From a virus (taxonomy: Duplodnaviria; Caudoviricetes), in the IMG/VR virus record IMGVR_UViG_3300037420_001437, positions 1 to 38,126 of that record: DNA of 38,126 nucleotides; one strand, given 5' to 3'. The notes under the pieces are model-generated. The model was not told the origin of the DNA and did not search any database. It saw only the letters and a list, made by a program, of their open reading frames with translations. How positions within the stretch are numbered: position 1 is the stretch's first letter; every line of letters begins with the position of its first letter. Of this stretch, positions 34,551 to 38,126 are shown piece after piece. The position numbers and the translations under genes are program-made.

Positions 34551-34597
34551 GTACACGAGTGCGACGCAAGTAAAGTCCAATAGATATTCTTAGCTGG
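34551..34597 (+). repeat. Dispersed 45-bp site, copy 6 (spacer GTAAAGTC)
   Basis: GTACACGAGTGCGACGCAA-GTAAAGTC-CAATAG-ATATTCTTAGCTGG. Confidence 0.9.
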
Positions 34598-34606
34598 GCT
34601 CATAAT

Positions 34607-34804
34607 TTATACACCCTCCTTCTGGATTCCTGGTACAGTAGCTTCAGTTCCCTTTCCTTTTTCTGAATCATCTCCCGAATCTGTGCATCCGTCCAGTGCG
34701 TCAAAGAAGTTGGGTAGCTTTGGGTCTGGGAAGGGTTTTCTTCGTTCTTCTCTCGTTCTGGTTCCCTCTTCATAGAGTTCTTCGATTTTTGTAAGGATAT
34801 TCAT
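34607..34804 (-). CDS. Hypothetical protein
   Basis: Likely start MNILTKIEE, 1 nt after the upstream stop. Confidence 0.55.
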   Translation of the reverse strand: MNILTKIEELYEEGTRTREERRKPFPDPKLPNFFDALDGCTDSGDDSEKGKGTEATVPGIQKEGV

Positions 34805-34805
34805 G

Positions 34806-35813
34806 TTAGTAGATTTTCCCTTTGATGATCCTTTTATTTTGGACATGGAAGCCCTTGCCCTCTACGGTGATGATGGCAAAGCCGTGGTTCCAGGAATTGA
34901 TTGGTAGATATGCCGGATGCAGTTCACAAAGGCAGCCGGTCGACCAGGTGGTGGTGATCTCGCCGTTGATGTTCTGCTCGGTATGCTCTGAGCTTCTATG
35001 GTGGTGGCCGCCGATCGTGTTGGCCTTGGCCCGTAAATAAAACCCCCGGGCGATATTGACCGGTGAAAAGATGGAGCCCCCGAATTCATGGCCGTGGATC
35101 ACGTTTAAATTGCGCACCTTGATAATGCGCTTGTCGTCTACGATGGTGATGGGCACCCCTTTTAGCCGGGCCTGTAATACCTTATGGAAGTCGAGGCTTT
35201 TGATCTCTTCCAAATCCTGGAGTTGCTCAAACTCCCCCAGCTTCTGCCACAAATAGTGCATCCAGCGTTCATCGTGGTTGCCCAACTTAAAATAGATGGG
35301 GCATTTTAATTCCCGGTAAATGATGCGAAAGATCTCACAACCGATTTCCAGTTCCTCCCACAGCTTGCGCTTGCGGGGGTCTTTTAGGTATTTGGAGCCC
35401 CCGTGAAAATCAAACATCTCGGTTACGATCACACAGTCCACTTTTTGCCGTTTTAGTTCCGAGATGGCGGCACTAAGGGCTTCGATGTTATGGTAGGGAG
35501 CGTGCAAATCGTTTAAAAGGCCAATGGTCTTGTATTTACTTAAAATCACCGGCTCGTAGCAAGCCTCGTCTGAGGCGGGCAGGTGGTAGGGATTGTAAGG
35601 GCGTGGGTCAGAGCGTAAAAACTCACTGTCCTTGACGGATTTTCTTCTCAGCGCCCCTGCCTTCCCCTCGATGTAACGAAGGACGGAACGGGCGTTTTCT
35701 ATGTCTTTAAACAGCAGGCGGTTTTCCTTATACATGACCCTTGCTAGGGCCAATGTAGGCTTCTCGGGGTAACGGGCACGATACTGTTTAGCGGTTTGGG
35801 TTTTTAAACTCAT
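34806..35813 (-). CDS. Calcineurin-like metallophosphoesterase
   Basis: 'NDLHAPYH', 'GNHDER', 'IHGH', 'GHHH'; motif II reads TEMFD rather than GDxxD. Confidence 0.88.
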   Translation of the reverse strand: MSLKTQTAKQYRARYPEKPTLALARVMYKENRLLFKDIENARSVLRYIEGKAGALRRKSVKDSEFLRSDPRPYNPYHLPASDEACYEPVILSKYKTIGLLNDLHAPYHNIEALSAAISELKRQKVDCVIVTEMFDFHGGSKYLKDPRKRKLWEELEIGCEIFRIIYRELKCPIYFKLGNHDERWMHYLWQKLGEFEQLQDLEEIKSLDFHKVLQARLKGVPITIVDDKRIIKVRNLNVIHGHEFGGSIFSPVNIARGFYLRAKANTIGGHHHRSSEHTEQNINGEITTTWSTGCLCELHPAYLPINSWNHGFAIITVEGKGFHVQNKRIIKGKIY

Positions 35814-35823
35814 AAGGATTTAG

Positions 35824-36408
35824 TTAGTTAGTTGAAGCTTTGTATTTTAGGTAGGCGGTATTGAGTTTTAAGTGATAGCGGTTCTTCTCATAGCTGGCCC
35901 CGTTATACCCATAGGCAAAGCCCCGCCAGTCCTTGCGCCTCAGTTCGTCCACCAGTCCTTTTGTCTTAATGAAGTTGCAGAACAGCCGCAGGTGTTCGCC
36001 TTCGTCTTTATAGATCGCGTTGATAAACTCCTGAAGGGTTTTACACCCACACAGCCTATAGTTAAAGCCCATGATCTGAAATCGTCCCCAGGAGGCTGAA
36101 CATAGGGCGTCTTCCCGGTGAATCTGACAGGCCCGTTCTAAAAGTGCGTGCTGTTTGGAAGCTGGTTGATAGGGTCGTTCGCCCCAATGCTCGTAGAGAA
36201 TATCTTCGTTGCCATGCACGAATTGATGCGGGTCGATTTGCCGGTTTTTAAGTTCCCGCCAAAAGATGTGGGGTTCAAAAAGGATTACGGGTTCACCCGA
36301 TGATAAAAACCCACTACCACCCGATTCTACTTCAGCCACGGCTTTTAGGGTGGCTACGTCCACACCTAAACTTTGGGCGCTGTCTAAAAACTGCTGGCTG
36401 GTAATCAT
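35824..36408 (-). CDS. Endolysin, N-acetylmuramidase (DUF3380)
   Basis: 'AVAEVESGGSGF', 'PVILFEPHIF', 'SASWGRFQIMGFNY', 'FAYGYNG..Y..N.Y'. Confidence 0.93.
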   Translation of the reverse strand: MITSQQFLDSAQSLGVDVATLKAVAEVESGGSGFLSSGEPVILFEPHIFWRELKNRQIDPHQFVHGNEDILYEHWGERPYQPASKQHALLERACQIHREDALCSASWGRFQIMGFNYRLCGCKTLQEFINAIYKDEGEHLRLFCNFIKTKGLVDELRRKDWRGFAYGYNGASYEKNRYHLKLNTAYLKYKASTN

Positions 36409-36417
36409 AAGGAGGTT

Positions 36418-36747
36418 TTAAATGATTTTATAGTCGGTGGCCCGTTTGACCAGTTGCACATTGTTTTTACAATTAAATAACCGCTGCAAGGCGCCAAAAT
36501 GATATTCTACGGTTCTTTTGCTCAAATGCACCTTGCCCGCGATCCGCTTGGCGCTGTCCCCCTCGCCTAAGAGTTCCAATATCTTTAGATTCTGCTCGGT
36601 CAGCCTACTTACTATCTGCATCTTTATAAAGCAGTCCATTGCTGCATCTACGGCTTGCTCCCGTACTTTTAGCCTTGTCTCTCCGGGTACTTTGGAGAGG
36701 TCAAAGACAGCGTTTACGATTTCGGTACAGGTGTGTTTTAGGTCCAT
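36418..36747 (-). CDS. LuxR/GerE-type HTH transcriptional regulator
   Basis: 'LTEQNLKILELLGEGDSAKRIAGKVHLSKRTVEYH...LFNCKNNVQLV'. Confidence 0.88.
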   Translation of the reverse strand: MDLKHTCTEIVNAVFDLSKVPGETRLKVREQAVDAAMDCFIKMQIVSRLTEQNLKILELLGEGDSAKRIAGKVHLSKRTVEYHFGALQRLFNCKNNVQLVKRATDYKII

Positions 36748-36842
36748 TTCCTTTGGTTTTTCAAGTGATAAAAGAAAATGGGTACGGATAATTTCTTAGG
36801 GTTGGGGCTTTGGTGGTTCATAGGAGTGGCGGCTTTACGGGG

Positions 36843-37466
36843 TCAAAGGCCCGTAAGGAGCTTTACCACAATCATTTTTAAGCGTTGGTATATCTTCCAT
36901 CTATTCTTGTAAATCCACGCCCCTACAGGGATTACCAAGAGCCAAAGGAGCCATAGCAGGTTAAAGGCATACTTGGCCTTCTCTACTTTCTTTTCCTCTT
37001 TTTGCACCTCTGAGACTTCAATCTTCGAATGGTTCTCTGATATGGCATCTTTTAAGGCTATAGAATCGCTTATTTTGGCCTGTCTTAAGTTTTTAATAAT
37101 TACCTTTGTGGGCACTTTAGAGGCCCGGATTTCGCCTGTACTGGATAGGGTGAAGTACTCCGAAGGGCTGACGTAAATCCCTCCATCCTGAAAACCGGAA
37201 TCGGGATTGGGTTTATAAATACCCGTATCGCCAAAGTCAATGACGATGGTATTATCTTCTTGGCTATCTGCTTTTTTTACCTGTGTTGACTCTTTAACCC
37301 CTGCGCTATCGGAGTGTTCTGCTTTTAAGTGGGTACTATCAAGTAAAACTTGACTGCTGCTTTTTACTTTTGAAGAAGCGCAGGAAAAGCATAAGACCGA
37401 CAGCACGGCCAACAGCCAGAGGCTCACCAAAATCCATGCATCGTAGCGGTATTTGTCTTTTTTCAT
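36843..37466 (-). CDS. Putative unimolecular spanin (N-terminal lipoprotein, C-terminal TM)
   Basis: Signal ending 'VLCFSC', periplasmic region, C-terminal TM 'LLWLLWLLVIPVGAWIY'; in the lysis cassette. Confidence 0.7.
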   Translation of the reverse strand: MKKDKYRYDAWILVSLWLLAVLSVLCFSCASSKVKSSSQVLLDSTHLKAEHSDSAGVKESTQVKKADSQEDNTIVIDFGDTGIYKPNPDSGFQDGGIYVSPSEYFTLSSTGEIRASKVPTKVIIKNLRQAKISDSIALKDAISENHSKIEVSEVQKEEKKVEKAKYAFNLLWLLWLLVIPVGAWIYKNRWKIYQRLKMIVVKLLTGL

Positions 37467-37467
37467 A

Positions 37468-37692
37468 CTAAGAGGTTTTACTATCGCCCTTGGAAGAGCC
37501 AAAGAAGTACGCCAGTATCAATCCCAGCCCCCCGATCACACTACCCCCCAGCACGTTCACCAAGTCCTTGTTTTCCGGGGGTACTTTCACAAAGGCCAAA
37601 ATGTAGATATACCCCAGACATAGTAGGATATAGGTCAGGGCAATGATGTTTCTTACTTCGGTTTTTGAGAAGGTTTCCAGAATCTTTTTCAT
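37468..37692 (-). CDS. Putative holin (2 TM)
   Basis: Two TM helices, 'P.ENKDL..VLGG...AYFFGSS'. Confidence 0.7.
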   Translation of the reverse strand: MKKILETFSKTEVRNIIALTYILLCLGYIYILAFVKVPPENKDLVNVLGGSVIGGLGLILAYFFGSSKGDSKTS

Positions 37693-37877
37693 TTTGATTT
37701 TAAGTTTTTACGCTTTTCCTGAATCGAGTACCACCAGTTCACCCCCGCCAGCGTTCCGGATAGGGCGGCTACAATGGAGGCTACAATAGCGGCCAGTACC
37801 TGCATATTCTGCAAGGAAATCCACGAAAGGCCCGTAAAGAGAATCGAGACGAAGGTTTGTAGTTGCGGCTTTTCCAT
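37689..37877 (-). CDS. Putative holin/antiholin-like membrane protein
   Basis: Hydrophobic helices, basic C-terminal tail, ATGA-coupled. Confidence 0.6.
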   Translation of the reverse strand: MEKPQLQTFVSILFTGLSWISLQNMQVLAAIVASIVAALSGTLAGVNWWYSIQEKRKNLKSK

Positions 37878-37957
37878 TTTTATTTGTAAGGGGTGCTTAC
37901 CCTTTTTTTTAGTTGAAAGGAGGGCCCCACTTAGAGCAGGGCCAAGGGAGTGTAGGG

Positions 37958-38126
37958 TTACAGGTCTACTATGGAATAAAACACGGTGACTTCTAAGGTG
38001 TTCGAAGCATCGCCGCCCGTGAAGTTACCCGCCGTATTGGAGCATCTAAGGGCGAATCCACGATTACTTACATCGTCATAGGCATACGTACCATTGTCTC
38101 CTAAAGAGGATGACGCGGGAAGTAGC
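37958..38126 (-). CDS. C-terminus of a probable virion/tail-associated protein (partial)
   Basis: Open frame to the window edge: ...LRCSNTAGNFTGGDASNTLEVTVFYSIVDL*. Confidence 0.55.
   Translation of the reverse strand, partial: LLPASSSLGDNGTYAYDDVSNRGFALRCSNTAGNFTGGDASNTLEVTVFYSIVDL

Larger units (their letters stand above)
1..38126. mobile_element. Temperate dsDNA tailed phage genome segment (excised/circular form), probable Bacteroidota host
   Basis: Capsid, portal, terminase, DnaB, integrase, repressor and lysis genes. attP is intact with phage genes on both sides. No host genes seen. Confidence 0.93.

Noticed and set aside
11489-34597. Dispersed sites read as CRISPR repeats, integron attC sites or canonical dif sites
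   Set aside because: They are not tandem, have no RYYYAAC/GTTRRRY palindrome and no TTATGTTAAAT XerD arm; no cas or intI gene is present.
34337-34603. 88-aa - strand ORF MSPAKNIYW
   Set aside because: Its N-terminus is simply the translation of site 6 and it is antisense to the better-supported + strand ORF; not fully excluded.
356-37989. Many + strand and alternate-frame ORFs in the supplied track (e.g. 3769-4143, 4375-4773, 5906-6436, 3197-3400)
   Set aside because: They are shadow frames of well-supported - strand genes.
1-38126. Stop-codon reassignment, DGR or retron
   Set aside because: Core genes are intact under code 11, and no reverse transcriptase or TR/VR pair was seen.

Overview
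About 38 kb of a temperate tailed phage, probably infecting Bacteroidota (inferred from gene content and TAnnTTT-type promoters). Almost all genes are on the - strand. In transcription order: end of a virion gene, lysis module (two holin-like genes, u-spanin-like lipoprotein, LuxR-type HTH, DUF3380 muramidase), metallophosphoesterase, a ~0.9 kb structured non-coding region, an intact attP (core = 3' end of a tRNA, likely Cys), tyrosine integrase, divergent CI/Cro-like switch, recombination genes (Sak4-like ATPase, Gp157), HNH genes, an RNA ligase with an adjacent Endo VII homing endonuclease, replication initiator, DnaB, RusA, a mosaic accessory array, terminase, SPP1-type portal, minor head protein, scaffold, decoration protein and major capsid. 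Phage genes lie on both sides of attP, so this looks like the excised/circular form. The most unusual signal is six ~45-bp non-palindromic sites (consensus CAAGNGWGYGACRCAA-N8-SAATAG-N8/9-AGCT) at gene-module boundaries, in strictly alternating orientation (-,+,-,+,-,+) with shared 8-bp spacers. This is the layout expected of a site-specific module exchange or inversion system. All family calls are from motif recognition by eye; no searches were run.
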